The position numbers and the translations under genes were made by a program. A stretch of DNA of 64,000 nucleotides. It comes from Trueperaceae bacterium. Its GTDB lineage: Bacteria > Deinococcota > Deinococci > Deinococcales > Trueperaceae. This document shows positions 38,498 through 48,905 of the stretch, piece by piece (position 1 is the stretch's first letter; each line of letters opens with the position of its first letter). A model generated the notes under the pieces. That model worked only from the letters and a program-made list of their open reading frames with translations, was not told where the DNA came from and did not search any database. The stretch covers positions 4,000,001 through 4,064,000 of the forward strand of contig CBDCDZ010000004.1 in assembly GCA_965215565.1 (NCBI GenBank), in the 5' to 3' direction.

Positions 38498-39692
38498 AGA
38501 TTCTAACACCTGTACTCTCTATGGTATAAACGGGAGAACCACTATCTCCACTTTCACTATTCGCATTGGCTTGATACTGACAGACGAAGTACTTATCGGT
38601 GTCTTTCTGTCTAACTTTGAAACACGTTTGAATAATCTTACCAGCCGTAACGCCCGTTGTTTTACCCACCTTTTCTACAATTCTACCAGAGTAGAGCTGG
38701 CTATTATCCGTTCTTTTGCCAACTACCGGTAGAGGGTTTTTTGGTGTTATCTCTTTTCCAGGTTTGTTGGATACACGGGCTATCTTGCCTAGACCAACGC
38801 TAACGTTAGTGTCGTATCCGACGAATGCAGAATCGCTATAACGGCAATCGCGTTGAAGAGAGCAAAAGAACCTGCCCTCCCCTCTAAACGGTGGATCAAC
38901 AGTCTCGAGACCAATTCTAGTACCACTAGATTGATAGGCCTGATAAAATCTAGTCCCAGTAGACTGTCCCAGCTTTTCAGTACAGTGGGAGTTAGTCACG
39001 AATCCTTTAACGCCATTATGTACAGCATTAAAACCGAGCACATGAGCTACCTGGGTTTTGGTCAATGAGTATGCCACCTTGCGTTGGTCTCACGGTACTT
39101 TTCAGAGTAGTAGCCGTAGGTGCAGGCGCTTGCTCAACAGCAACGGTTACGGCGTCCTGCGGTATGTTGAACCTAATGATAGCCGCGCGTATTTTGTTTG
39201 CTATCTCTTCGTTCTCGACGCCAAGACATATCTCGTTAGCTACCTCGTCAATGTCGATAATGTTGATACCTACCTCTTCCGCTTTGCTCTCAAACTTCTC
39301 GAGCAACTCGCTCAGCTCCGCAAACGAATATTTGACCTCTTGCGTTATGAGGTTCGGCTCAACCGACTGACTGGACAAGGTTTCTACAGCCCCGAAAACG
39401 TCTTGACCAAACTGCTTGACTAAAGCCGCTTCTATGTCGCTCACACTCGCAGTCTGAAGCTCACTTCTTGCCATGTTCACTACGAGGTCATTGTTGTCGT
39501 CGTAGTAGATGCCCGCGAACCCTGGAACGTCCGCGCCTATCTCTAGAAATTGCTCATCCAGTGTTTTGGGAATATCCGTAAGGTCTGCTTGAGACCCTTC
39601 TGGCTCTGCTTCGAAACTACATGATCCTAACGCAAGTAGCAAAAGCATGGAGAAGATGAGTTTTACATGAGAGGAGGGGTAATTTTAGACAT
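38498..39692 (-). pseudogene. Secreted or lipoprotein S1 (alpha-lytic/streptogrisin-like) serine protease, frameshifted and truncated by the IS
   Basis: Lipobox LGSC, prodomain, then C|LGFNA...GFVTNSHC...DSAFV...GDSGSPVY split by a frameshift near 39040; ATG 39692 with AGGAG is out of frame with the signal peptide. Confidence 0.8.
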
Positions 39693-39864
39693 GGTAACTC
39701 CTAGAGGTCAAAAAGTACTCAACAACAACCGATGCGCCGATGCTAACTACTTTGAGCGGTGCCGCAGCTCCCTTGCCTCCGAAGTATCAATGTTTATAAC
39801 TGTGCAGAAGTTACCATGGATGTAGGAAAAATCAAGTTTTTGACTCTTCATCAATCTTTAAGGA

Positions 39865-39898
39865 AAAGGCTCCTCATTCACGAACAGAGGAGCCTTTA
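39865..39898 (-). terminator. Intrinsic terminator of the TPR gene
   Basis: AAAAGGCTCCTC...GAGGAGCCTTT. Confidence 0.7.
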
Positions 39899-39922
39899 AT
39901 GTCTGGTAATGTCTCTGCAAGC

Positions 39923-42097
39923 CTACTGCGCCTGACTCCGCACCTGCTCCAACAACTCACTAAAGCTAAGCTGCTCTTCCGCGCCGACTTGCACCGAGGT
40001 CTCGGTGAGTTCGGGGCGGAGCGTTACCGCCTGCTCGAGCGGTCCCACCGCCTGCGCGTAGCGCTCTAGGTCGTAGTAGATGAGCCCCAAGTTAAGCTGC
40101 GCTTCGGCGTTCTCGGGGTCGGCAGCGACGGCGCGTTCCAGATACTCGATCGCCCTATCGAAGCGCCCCAAGCGGAAGTAAGCGAAGCCCAAGTTATTGA
40201 GCACGGGGGCGCTGTCGCTCAACTCTTCGGACGCTTGCTCGTAGCTCGTCACGGCGTTTCGCAAATCGCCCTGAAGCTGCCGGGCGTACCCCTGATAAAA
40301 GGCTAAGAGCCCGCTGTTTTGCAGCTCTAGCGCCTGCGTGAAGTTCTGCTCGGCGGCGGCGGCGTTCTCCGCCCCCAACGCCGCGAGCCCCGCGCTAAAG
40401 AGCGAGGCGGCTTCGCCCTCCAAGTCGATAGGTTCGCCTTGAGTGAGCGCCTGGTTCTGAGCGATGAGTTGTCTGGCTCTCTGTGCTTGCGCTAGCTCCG
40501 GGTCGAGGCTGAGCGCTTCATCTAAAGCATTGAGCGCCTGGTCGTAGCGCCCGGCGCGCCCTAGCGCGACGCCGTAGAGCGCGTACAATTCGGCGTCTTG
40601 GGGCGACGCGGACAAGAGCGGTTCTAAAAGCTCGATTGCCCCGTCCGTCTGACCTGCCTCGAGGAGAATTTGCGCGAGGTTGAGCTGAACGGTACTGTTC
40701 GTCTGCGAGGCGTTCTCTAAGGTCGCTCTCGCGTCGTCCAACTTGCCCTGCTGCGCCTGCGCGATGGCGAGTTCGTTCGTCACGCGCAGGTTGTCCGGTG
40801 CGAGGCTTTGCGCTTCTTGCAGGACGCTTTCAGCCGCCGCGTAGTCCTCTGTTTGCGACAGCAGCGACGCCTCGGCGAGCGCTAGGCTCACGTCTTGCGG
40901 GTAGGCGCTGCGCCCCTCGCGGACGATCTCCAGAGCTTGCGGTGAGACCTCGCTCGGCAGTTCGGCGGCGAGCGCGTACACATCGGCGGCGGGCGTCTCC
41001 TCGGTGAGCGTCTGCAAGTAGCTGAGCGCGCCCTGCGCGCCGCCTTGCTCGAGCGTTTCGCTGATGAAAGCGCGCTTTAAGGTGGTGGAGTCAGGGACGT
41101 TGGTGGTGCCCTGCTCTAAAGTTTCCAACGTGGCTTGCGCGTCCCCTTGCGCCGCCTGCGCCGAGGCGAGGTCTAAGTAAGCGGGGACGTAGCGCGGGTA
41201 GACGCCAAGCGCCGCTTCTAAATTAGCAATATCGCCTTGCAACCGCCCGAGTCCGGCTAGGGCGAGCGCGTGCGCGGGGTTGAGCAAAAGCGCCGCTTCG
41301 AAAGCGGTTTGCGCCGTCGCCTCGTCGCCGCTCGCCAGGAGCACCGCGCCCCGCGTGACGAGCGCCTCGACGTCTTCGGGAGCGCTCTGAATCGCTGCTA
41401 AAGAGGTGCTGAGCGCGTCCTCCAGTGCGTTCGTGCGCGCGAGAATCTCGGCTTGCTCGGACAAGACCCAGCTCGAGTCAGACTCGAGTCCCAACACTGT
41501 CTCCAGCGCCGCCGAGTCGCTCGTCTGCAACCCCAACGACGCCTCCGCGACGGCGCTCAGGTTTTCCAAGGGCGGCGTTTGCGCGAGCACCGCGTCAATT
41601 TGCTCTCTATCTTGCGCGCTTACGCTCAGTCCCAACTCGCTAACGACGGTGTTCGTTACCGACGTGAGGAGCGCTCCTGGCGCGTCCAGTGCGCCGTTGA
41701 CGGTGACGACTCGGGGCGTGGGGTAGTCGGGTCCAGCGAAGATAATCTGTACCTGCGCCTGATTCCCCGAGACCTCCACCACGCCGCTCACGAGCGCCGC
41801 AGCGTCATACGCCTCCGCGAACACCTCCGGGCTGAGCGTGCCCTGACCCTCGAAGCGCTGCGCCACGAGAAGCGTGTCGCCGACGGGCGGTGCGTAGACG
41901 CCGTCGATGACGTTGAGCACGCGCTGAAGTCCGGTGGCGATACCTAAACGGTAAGGGGCTGCGTTCCCTTGCGCGTCGAAAGCGAGCACGGGCAAGCGCG
42001 TAACCTCTTGGGGGGCGGAAGGTTGAGCGAAGTTTTGGGCGGCTGTGAGAGCCAGCAAAAGGGCGGTCATAAGGGCAAAAAGAGTGCGTTTCATCAC
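39923..42097 (-). CDS. Secreted tetratricopeptide-repeat protein
   Basis: Signal peptide; many TPRs (NNLGFAYFRLGRFDRAIEYLERAV...P). Confidence 0.88.
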   Translation of the reverse strand: MMKRTLFALMTALLLALTAAQNFAQPSAPQEVTRLPVLAFDAQGNAAPYRLGIATGLQRVLNVIDGVYAPPVGDTLLVAQRFEGQGTLSPEVFAEAYDAAALVSGVVEVSGNQAQVQIIFAGPDYPTPRVVTVNGALDAPGALLTSVTNTVVSELGLSVSAQDREQIDAVLAQTPPLENLSAVAEASLGLQTSDSAALETVLGLESDSSWVLSEQAEILARTNALEDALSTSLAAIQSAPEDVEALVTRGAVLLASGDEATAQTAFEAALLLNPAHALALAGLGRLQGDIANLEAALGVYPRYVPAYLDLASAQAAQGDAQATLETLEQGTTNVPDSTTLKRAFISETLEQGGAQGALSYLQTLTEETPAADVYALAAELPSEVSPQALEIVREGRSAYPQDVSLALAEASLLSQTEDYAAAESVLQEAQSLAPDNLRVTNELAIAQAQQGKLDDARATLENASQTNSTVQLNLAQILLEAGQTDGAIELLEPLLSASPQDAELYALYGVALGRAGRYDQALNALDEALSLDPELAQAQRARQLIAQNQALTQGEPIDLEGEAASLFSAGLAALGAENAAAAEQNFTQALELQNSGLLAFYQGYARQLQGDLRNAVTSYEQASEELSDSAPVLNNLGFAYFRLGRFDRAIEYLERAVAADPENAEAQLNLGLIYYDLERYAQAVGPLEQAVTLRPELTETSVQVGAEEQLSFSELLEQVRSQAQ

Positions 42098-42133
42098 CCA
42101 GAAGTATACCTAGTGAGGCGTGAGAAGCAACCG

Positions 42134-42544
42134 TCAGGTCAAGCTGAACCCGTCGGGCAGAAGCTCGGCTGTGCTGAAGCGCTTGACGACGCCCTCGTGG
42201 TTGACCATGTACACGTCCGCGTCTCTCGAAAACTCGAACAGAATCTGCCGACACGCGCCGCAGGGCGTGGCGGGGTCTTCCGCCTCTGTATAGACGACGA
42301 GTTCGGAGAAGCTGCGCTCACCCGCCGACGCCATCGCCTGAATTGCGGACTGCTCCGCGCAGCGCGAGAGCCCATACGAAGCGTTTTCGATGTTCGCGCC
42401 CGTATAAATCTCGCCGCTCTCAGCGCGCAGCGCCGCGCCGACGCCGAACTCCGAATAGGGCACGTAGGCGTTGTCGCGGACGCGCTTAGCCGCGCCCAGT
42501 AAGTCCTGCGGCGCGGTAGGTTTTGAAGATGGAGTGGAAGACAT
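42134..42544 (-). CDS. cdd: Cytidine deaminase
   Basis: AYVPYS, NIENASY, CAE, PCGACRQ. Confidence 0.95.
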   Translation of the reverse strand: MSSTPSSKPTAPQDLLGAAKRVRDNAYVPYSEFGVGAALRAESGEIYTGANIENASYGLSRCAEQSAIQAMASAGERSFSELVVYTEAEDPATPCGACRQILFEFSRDADVYMVNHEGVVKRFSTAELLPDGFSLT

Positions 42545-42640
42545 GGGGCATTCTAGCAGCCGGGGTGGTGAGGAGGTAGGGAGATGAGGACGCGCTTCCT
42601 ATCTCCTCTTATCTAGCACCCGTTGCTACGCAGCTCGAGC

Positions 42641-43114
42641 CTATCCAAAGACCGCCCTCCATAGAGGCGGACCTAGCACGAGAAGGCCTACGAAGATAGA
42701 GCCGACCGCCGCAAGGAGCACCGCGCCCGCCGCCGCGTCTTTGGCGCGCTTAGCGAGCGGGTGAAACTCAGGGGAAACGAGGTTGACGGCCGCCTCGAGC
42801 GCACTGTTCATAATTTCTAATGAGAGCACGAGCAAGCAGCACAGCAAGATGGGGACGAGGTTGACCTGGAGGACCAGACCGAGGAGCAGCGCGAGTGCGC
42901 CTACAGAGACTTCGACGCGGAAGTTCTGCTCGGTGCGCCAGGTTTGCGCGATGCCCATCCAAGCGAAGCCAAATGAGCGGCGCAGCTTTTGGCTGTCGAT
43001 GGTTGCGGACTTTACGGCAGCTTGTCTCGCTACGCTGTCATCTTTATCCGCACCCTCTTCTATGCCCTCTACAGTGTCAGAATGCGCGCCTGAGCGCTCC
43101 TGAACCTCTTCCAC
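42641..43114 (-). CDS. dgkA: Diacylglycerol/undecaprenol kinase (start uncertain)
   Basis: SFGFAWMGI, EQNFR, EIMNSALE, AKDAAAGAVL. Confidence 0.88.
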   Translation of the reverse strand: MEEVQERSGAHSDTVEGIEEGADKDDSVARQAAVKSATIDSQKLRRSFGFAWMGIAQTWRTEQNFRVEVSVGALALLLGLVLQVNLVPILLCCLLVLSLEIMNSALEAAVNLVSPEFHPLAKRAKDAAAGAVLLAAVGSIFVGLLVLGPPLWRAVFG

Positions 43115-43515
43115 GCTTCCTCCGTCGGGTGATCATACCCCAAGAGGTGCGTCAGCGCGTGCGCGGCGAGCGTTTTAACCTCTTGCACCAAGGTGTGACC
43201 CTGTTCGGCAGACTGACGCTCGGCGGTCTCCACGCTGATGATAATGTCACCTAAATGAGGAACCTCAGGCATGACGAAGCCCTCAGCGATATCGTCCGGT
43301 TCAGACGTCGGGTAGGAGAGCACGTCGGTGGGCGCGTCCACCTCTCTGTGGGCGCGGTTGAGATCGCGAATCCTCGCGTCGTCAACGAAGACGACTGTGA
43401 CCTCTTTGTGGGAGAGCCCCAGGTCAGCCAGTAGCGCCGTGAGCGCGCGCGCCACCTCCACCTCAAGAGGCCCCTCAAGAGGGAAGTGGGGCGCTTCGTT
43501 TAGCGTCTCGACCAC
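43069..43515 (-). CDS. ybeY: rRNA maturation endoribonuclease
   Basis: TDVLSYP, LGDIII, HALTHLLGYDH. Confidence 0.95.
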   Translation of the reverse strand: MVETLNEAPHFPLEGPLEVEVARALTALLADLGLSHKEVTVVFVDDARIRDLNRAHREVDAPTDVLSYPTSEPDDIAEGFVMPEVPHLGDIIISVETAERQSAEQGHTLVQEVKTLAAHALTHLLGYDHPTEEAWKRFRSAQARILTL

Positions 43516-45526
43516 GTTTGAGTCCCTTGATCTCCTCCGCGCTCGGGTAGCTCACGCGGCGGTGCAGTATCGCGGTTAGCAGGCGCTCGAAGGTGTTGGC
43601 GATAACCTCTAGATCGTTGAAATTCAGGGGGCTGTCCGCGAGCTGGTCGTCTTGGAGCCGCTGCTCGATGAGCCGGTCGATCATCGCGCGAATGCTGCCC
43701 TGACTCGGCTCGACGAGCGTGCGCGAGGCGGACTCGACGGCGTCGGCGATCATCAGCACAGCGGTCTCTTTGCTCTGCGGACGCGGCCCGGCGTAGCGAA
43801 AGTTAAGTTCTTCGAGCGTGTCCGAATCCTCTAACGCACGTTTGTAGAAGTAACTTAGCACCGTCGTTCCGTGGTGCTCCAGGACGAAGGGCTCCAGCGC
43901 TTTAGGCAACCCGTACTCGCGCACCAAGTCCAAGCCGTCGCGCACGTGGCTCGTGATGATGAGGTAGCTCAGGTGCGGCGAGAGGGTGTCGTGCGGGTTC
44001 TCGCCCGCGAACTGGTTCTCGACGAAAAACTGCGGGCGTTTGAGCTTGCCGACGTCGTGGTAGAGCGCGCCGACGCGGGCTAGGAGCGCGTTCCCGCCGA
44101 TATTGGTGACTGCCTGGTCCACTAAGTTCGAGATGATGAGGCTGTGCTGATAGCTGCCGGGCGCTTCTAAGAGCAGCTTTTGCAGCAGGGGGCTCGAGGG
44201 GCTCATTAACTCCAAGAGGCGGAACTCCGTTAAAAAGCCGAAGTTGCTCTCTGCAAGGGGCAGCGTCGCGAGCGCCAAGATGCCCGCCGCCGCGCCGCCG
44301 CTCGTGATCCAGGCGAGCGAGACGAGCATGGAGAGGCTGCCGAAACTTCCCACGAGCAAGCTGTACGCCGTGAAGCTCAGCGCCGCCACCACGCCGCCCA
44401 AGCTACCCGCGAAGAGGAGCGACGCCCGCGACTTGAAAACCTGCGCGAGCAGGCTCGCCGCCACGCTGCTACTCAGCGCGACGAAAAAGGTGACGAACGC
44501 GGTTGCGGGCGCGAAAAACGCCGTGAGCACCGCGAACCAGACCGAGAGCAAAATGGCGCTCCGCTCCGCGACGATCACGGCGGACAGAAGTGGCACGAAG
44601 GCGATGAAGAGGAGCGTTTCGTCGATGAGCAGCGCCGCGCGCTGCACACCTAGAGCAAGTGTGAAGAGCGTGATGAGAAAGGCGAGCTGCCTAAGTGTGA
44701 GCGTGTCTCTAACGCGCCCATAGAGGTAGACGAGCGGCAAGGAGAGCAGGAGCGCTGTCGCCAAGCAGCCGCCCGCCAAGCGCAGCGCGCGCCTGAGCGA
44801 CTCGGTCCTCGGCTGATAGAAGCCCGTAAGCTCCAACACGCGCAGATCGTCCAGAGTTAAGATATCGCCCTCTTGCAGGATCGCTTCGCCCTCTTGCAGG
44901 GTGCGCATGACCGGCTCGACGCTGCCTGCGGCGGCGTCCCTGGCGGCTTCGGTAAGGCGCGTGTTGGGCTGCGCACTAGAGATGAGCAGGCGCTCTAAGA
45001 GCAACCTGACCCTGAGCCGCTGCCCAGGTTCGGCCAAGGACGCCGCGTCGCGGATGAGACTGGACAGCGCCGCTTCGCTCACCCCTGCCGGGCGGCTGTA
45101 AGCGTCGATGAGAAAACGCTGCACGTTCGCGGGCAAGGTGGACGAGGTGATGGCTCCCAAAACGAGGCGCTGCTGCGACGCGGACGAGGTGTAAATCGTG
45201 TCGATCTGCGACCTAGCATACTGCCGCTCGCGCTCGGTAGCGATTTGGTCGATGACTTGCACCGTCATCGGGGAGACGTAGCGTTGCGGGCTCGGCTGAC
45301 CGAGCTGAAAGTTGCCCTCTTGCCTCGAGCCGTACACGCTGTAAAGGAGGACGGCTAAGACCACTACGAAAAGGAGCGCTGCTAAGACGAGCTGCCACGG
45401 GGCTCGAGCCGACGCCCCTTGCGACATTCTGCGGCGCAAGCGGGCGTTGCTAGGGCTCGTTGCCGCCTTCTGCGCGCCTTTAGGCGCGGTCCCCGCCGCT
45501 TTCGCCACTTTAGGTTTGAGGCTCAT
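43475..45526 (-). CDS. 7TM-HD family phosphohydrolase (PgpH-like)
   Basis: Extracellular domain, 7TM region, APGSYQHS, YHDVGK, HHGT, ADAVE. Confidence 0.9.
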   Translation of the reverse strand: MSLKPKVAKAAGTAPKGAQKAATSPSNARLRRRMSQGASARAPWQLVLAALLFVVVLAVLLYSVYGSRQEGNFQLGQPSPQRYVSPMTVQVIDQIATERERQYARSQIDTIYTSSASQQRLVLGAITSSTLPANVQRFLIDAYSRPAGVSEAALSSLIRDAASLAEPGQRLRVRLLLERLLISSAQPNTRLTEAARDAAAGSVEPVMRTLQEGEAILQEGDILTLDDLRVLELTGFYQPRTESLRRALRLAGGCLATALLLSLPLVYLYGRVRDTLTLRQLAFLITLFTLALGVQRAALLIDETLLFIAFVPLLSAVIVAERSAILLSVWFAVLTAFFAPATAFVTFFVALSSSVAASLLAQVFKSRASLLFAGSLGGVVAALSFTAYSLLVGSFGSLSMLVSLAWITSGGAAAGILALATLPLAESNFGFLTEFRLLELMSPSSPLLQKLLLEAPGSYQHSLIISNLVDQAVTNIGGNALLARVGALYHDVGKLKRPQFFVENQFAGENPHDTLSPHLSYLIITSHVRDGLDLVREYGLPKALEPFVLEHHGTTVLSYFYKRALEDSDTLEELNFRYAGPRPQSKETAVLMIADAVESASRTLVEPSQGSIRAMIDRLIEQRLQDDQLADSPLNFNDLEVIANTFERLLTAILHRRVSYPSAEEIKGLKRGRDAKRSAPLPS

Positions 45527-46467
45527 TGGACTTGTTCGTACGCCTTTACGATGCGCGCGACTAAGGGATGACGCACCACGTCCGCCTCGCCGAAGTAGAT
45601 AAAGCCGATGCCCTCGACTTTCTTGAGGATGCGCTCGGCGATACCTAGTCCGCTCACAACGGTGCCGGGCAGATCGGTCTGTGTGATGTCGCCCGTGACG
45701 ACGACGCGGCTATTGAAGCCCATGCGCGTCAGAAACATCTTCATCTGCTCGCCGGTGGTGTTTTGCGCCTCATCTAAGATGATAAAAGCGTCGTTGAGCG
45801 TGCGCCCGCGCATGAAGGCCAAGGGCGCGACCTCGATCACGCCGCTCTCGAAATACTGCTCGCTGCGCTCACTGTCCAACATGTCGTAGAGCGCGTCGTA
45901 AAGAGGGCGCAAGTAGGGGTCAATTTTGGCTTGCAAGTCGCCGGGCAAAAAGCCCAGCCGCTCGCCCGCTTCGACGGCAGGGCGCGTCAGAATGATGCGT
46001 TTGACGCGCTTGTCCTTGAGGGCTTGGACCGCCATCGCCACCGCGAGGTAGGTCTTACCCGTGCCCGCAGGACCGACGCCGAAGACGATCTCGTTGGCTT
46101 CGATCGCCTGGACGTAGCGGCGCTGCCCGGCGGTCTTGGGTCTGGCGCGGCGCGGCAACCTTGCGCCGACGCTCTCCTCTTGCGGCGCATGGCCGGCTAG
46201 ATCGTCGGATAGATCGCTGAGCCGCGCGTGCTCGAGTTCGGTCACGCTGATCCTTTCGCCGCGCCGGATGGAGGCTAGGAGCGCCTTAAAGGTGCGTTCC
46301 GCTTCCTCTACGGCACCTTCCTCACCGGACAGTCTCAGTTCGTCGCCTCTAGCGATGACCTTTGCGCCGAGGCGAAGGCGTAAGAGCTTGAGGTTCTCGT
46401 CGTTTTGCCCGAAGAGCGACATCGCTTCGGCGGGGCTGCGCAATTTTAAGGTTACAGATGTTGCGAT
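45523..46467 (-). CDS. phoH: PhoH family ATPase (start possibly ATC 46467, otherwise TTG 46443)
   Basis: [41 protein letters not shown]. Confidence 0.93.
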   Translation of the reverse strand: MATSVTLKLRSPAEAMSLFGQNDENLKLLRLRLGAKVIARGDELRLSGEEGAVEEAERTFKALLASIRRGERISVTELEHARLSDLSDDLAGHAPQEESVGARLPRRARPKTAGQRRYVQAIEANEIVFGVGPAGTGKTYLAVAMAVQALKDKRVKRIILTRPAVEAGERLGFLPGDLQAKIDPYLRPLYDALYDMLDSERSEQYFESGVIEVAPLAFMRGRTLNDAFIILDEAQNTTGEQMKMFLTRMGFNSRVVVTGDITQTDLPGTVVSGLGIAERILKKVEGIGFIYFGEADVVRHPLVARIVKAYEQVQ

Positions 46468-46483
46468 GGGTTTCTCCTTGTAA

Positions 46484-46585
46484 AGCGGGTATCATCGGGT
46501 CGGTGAATAGCAGGTAGGGTCACAGACGCACTCACTGTAAATAGCGCCACTCGGCGCACACTCGGTTGAGGTGCTACCTGCGCTA
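46484..46585 (+). repeat. Repeat family 1, degenerate copy
   Basis: AGCGGGTATCATC / TAGCAGGTAGGGTCA...GCACTCACT...CTACCTGC. Confidence 0.5.
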
Positions 46586-46634
46586 TTCCAGTCCAAGTCT
46601 CGAGTCGATAGACATATAAATCACATGTGCGCCG

Positions 46635-47384
46635 TCAGCGACGCTTTCTTCGTTTGCGTTTAGAGAGGGGTTCGTCTAAGATTTCGCGCCAGATAATGCC
46701 TTGTAGGACCGATCTGCGGTCGAACTCCAAGACCCCCCTCGGCCCATCTATCTTACTCCCTCGGCGCGGCTTCAAGCGTTGCACGCGCAGCGGCGGCGCG
46801 TCGCCCAGTTCAGTCCTATCGACGGACGACTGTTTCGTCGTCGTGCCCTGCTGCGAGGCGGGACGCTGGCGGCTCACCCCTTCGCGCCCCAGGCCCTCGA
46901 AAGGTTGCCGCGCTCGCCCGCTCTCCAGTCCTCGTCCCTGCTGCGACGCGCGTCCTTGTTGGGAGCGTGACCCTTGTGAACGGGCTTGCTGCTCCTCATC
47001 TAATCTTGGAAAGAGGTCGCCGGAACTGTCGTCTCGCCCGCTTTGAGACCCGCCTCGAGACTGGGTACGCCCTCCCTCGTCACTCCCACCCATCGCCTCT
47101 TGCACGCGCCGCCGCGCCTCCTCTAAACGCCTCGAGAATTCGTCGCCCACGCTGCCACCTTCCTGGCGCGTATCTGCAGAGGTATTCCTCTCAGCGTTCC
47201 TTTCGTCGGGGCGTTCCTGCTCTCGGCGCTGAGGCGCTCCGGTGGGTCGCCCCTGAGGTCGTCCTTGCCCCTGTTGTCCCTGACCTCTCTGTCCGCCTTG
47301 ACCTCTTCTCAAGAAGTTATTGACGATGGGCGCAACGAAAAAGATCAAGAAGAGAATGATCGTGATGGGGTCGATATTCACCAA
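46635..47384 (-). CDS. Membrane-anchored low-complexity protein (YqfB-like position)
   Basis: N-terminal TM, G/Q/R-rich linker, C-terminal QGIIWREILDEP; directly downstream of floA. Confidence 0.75.
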   Translation of the reverse strand: MVNIDPITIILFLIFFVAPIVNNFLRRGQGGQRGQGQQGQGRPQGRPTGAPQRREQERPDERNAERNTSADTRQEGGSVGDEFSRRLEEARRRVQEAMGGSDEGGRTQSRGGSQSGRDDSSGDLFPRLDEEQQARSQGSRSQQGRASQQGRGLESGRARQPFEGLGREGVSRQRPASQQGTTTKQSSVDRTELGDAPPLRVQRLKPRRGSKIDGPRGVLEFDRRSVLQGIIWREILDEPLSKRKRRKRR

Positions 47385-47393
47385 ATCACCTCT

Positions 47394-48371
47394 TTAGCTG
47401 CGCTCGTCTGCATCCTCGGTGGACTGAGCGATGTTGGAGCGCAGTTTCGTGTCGGACTGAATGTTCTCCAGGTTGTAGTAGTCCATAATGCCTAAGTTGC
47501 CGCTTCTAAACGCTTCGGCGATGGCGCGCGGCACCTCCGCCTCCGCCTCGACGACTTTCGCCCGCTGCTCCTCGACTTTGGCGCGGTTCTCCTGCTCGGC
47601 GGCTACCGCCATCGCCCGGCGCTCCTCCGCTTTGGCTTGCGCTACGCGCTTGTCCGCCTCGGCTTGATCGGTCTGCAGCGTCGCGCCGATATTTTTGCCG
47701 ACGTTGACGTCCGCGATGTCGATCGAGAGGATTTCAAAGGCGGTGCCGGCGTCTAAACCTTTCGCGAGCACCGTTTTCGAGATGGAGTCGGGGTTCTCCA
47801 GCACCGCTTTATGCGAGTTCGAGGAGCCGATTGATGAGACGATGCCCTCGCCCACGCGGGCGATGATCGTCTCCTCGCCCGCCCCACCGACGAGCCTCTC
47901 TAGGTTCGCGCGCACCGTGACCCGCGCCGTCGAAATCAGCTCGATGCCGTCTTTCGCCACCGCTGAGACGTTCGGCGTCTGAATGACGCGCGGGTTGACC
48001 GAGACCTTTACCGCGTCGAGCACGTTGCGCCCGGCTAAGTCAATGGCCGCCGCTCTATCAAAGGGCAGCGCGATGCGCGCCTTGTCCGCCGCGATGAGCG
48101 CGTCCACCACGCGGTCCACGTTGCCGCCCGCGAGGTAATGCGCCTCCAACTGGTTCTGCTCTACCTCGATGCCCGCCTTGTCCGCCTTGATAAGGGGCAA
48201 GATGATCTTGTTGGGCGGCACGCGGCGCAGGCGCATCGCCACCAAGCTTGTCAAGCTGACCTTAACGCCCGCTGAGATGGCTGAAATCCACAAGGGGATA
48301 GGGATAAACGAGAAGAAAATGATGAAGAAGAGGATGACGCCGCCGACGAGAAGTAGTAAACCGATATCCAT
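47394..48371 (-). CDS. floA: Flotillin-like protein FloA (YqfA)
   Basis: [43 protein letters not shown] 48371 after AAGGAG. Confidence 0.93.
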   Translation of the reverse strand: MDIGLLLLVGGVILFFIIFFSFIPIPLWISAISAGVKVSLTSLVAMRLRRVPPNKIILPLIKADKAGIEVEQNQLEAHYLAGGNVDRVVDALIAADKARIALPFDRAAAIDLAGRNVLDAVKVSVNPRVIQTPNVSAVAKDGIELISTARVTVRANLERLVGGAGEETIIARVGEGIVSSIGSSNSHKAVLENPDSISKTVLAKGLDAGTAFEILSIDIADVNVGKNIGATLQTDQAEADKRVAQAKAEERRAMAVAAEQENRAKVEEQRAKVVEAEAEVPRAIAEAFRSGNLGIMDYYNLENIQSDTKLRSNIAQSTEDADERS

Positions 48372-48905
48372 ATAAGGTCTCCTTTTGTACCTGAAACTAT
48401 AGTGAGGTGAATAGCGACGAGACAGTAGCAATAAAACAGTAGCGATAAGACAGGGGAACACGCGCCGCTGCTCGCACGCGCGGCGCTAAGAGGTGAGAGG
48501 ACGCTCACCTTACGCAAATAGAGGGGTTCCGAATGAGGAGCGGACCACGCACCGAGTTGTGCAGAAGTGTCTCAATACCTCGTATCATACTCCAAGGGGT
48601 GCGCGCCGTGTGCAGGTGAGACAACGCTCATAAGAACGTTTATGAAGGGGTTGGATTGGCGCTTTGACCGGCTAGCTCGAGGAAACGTGTAGAAAATGAA
48701 GCAGGAGGGAAAATGCGGAAGAGAAGGTGTTTTGTGCGTGCGCAGATACCGAATGACCTCTTTTATGGGCTTCGCGCAACGCCGTACACGAAACTCCATG
48801 CATAAAACTCCATACGCAAAACGGGGTACACCGTCCAGAAAAGACCAAAGGAGAAACGTAAGCGCCACGCTTCTCCCTTTCACCCGAGCCGTTATACTCA
48901 GCTCC

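Noticed and set aside
37323..39077. 584-aa protease-transposase fusion ORF as a novel protein
   Set aside because: The IR and TSD show the IS boundary at 38483; the fusion is a chance in-frame junction with a pseudogene
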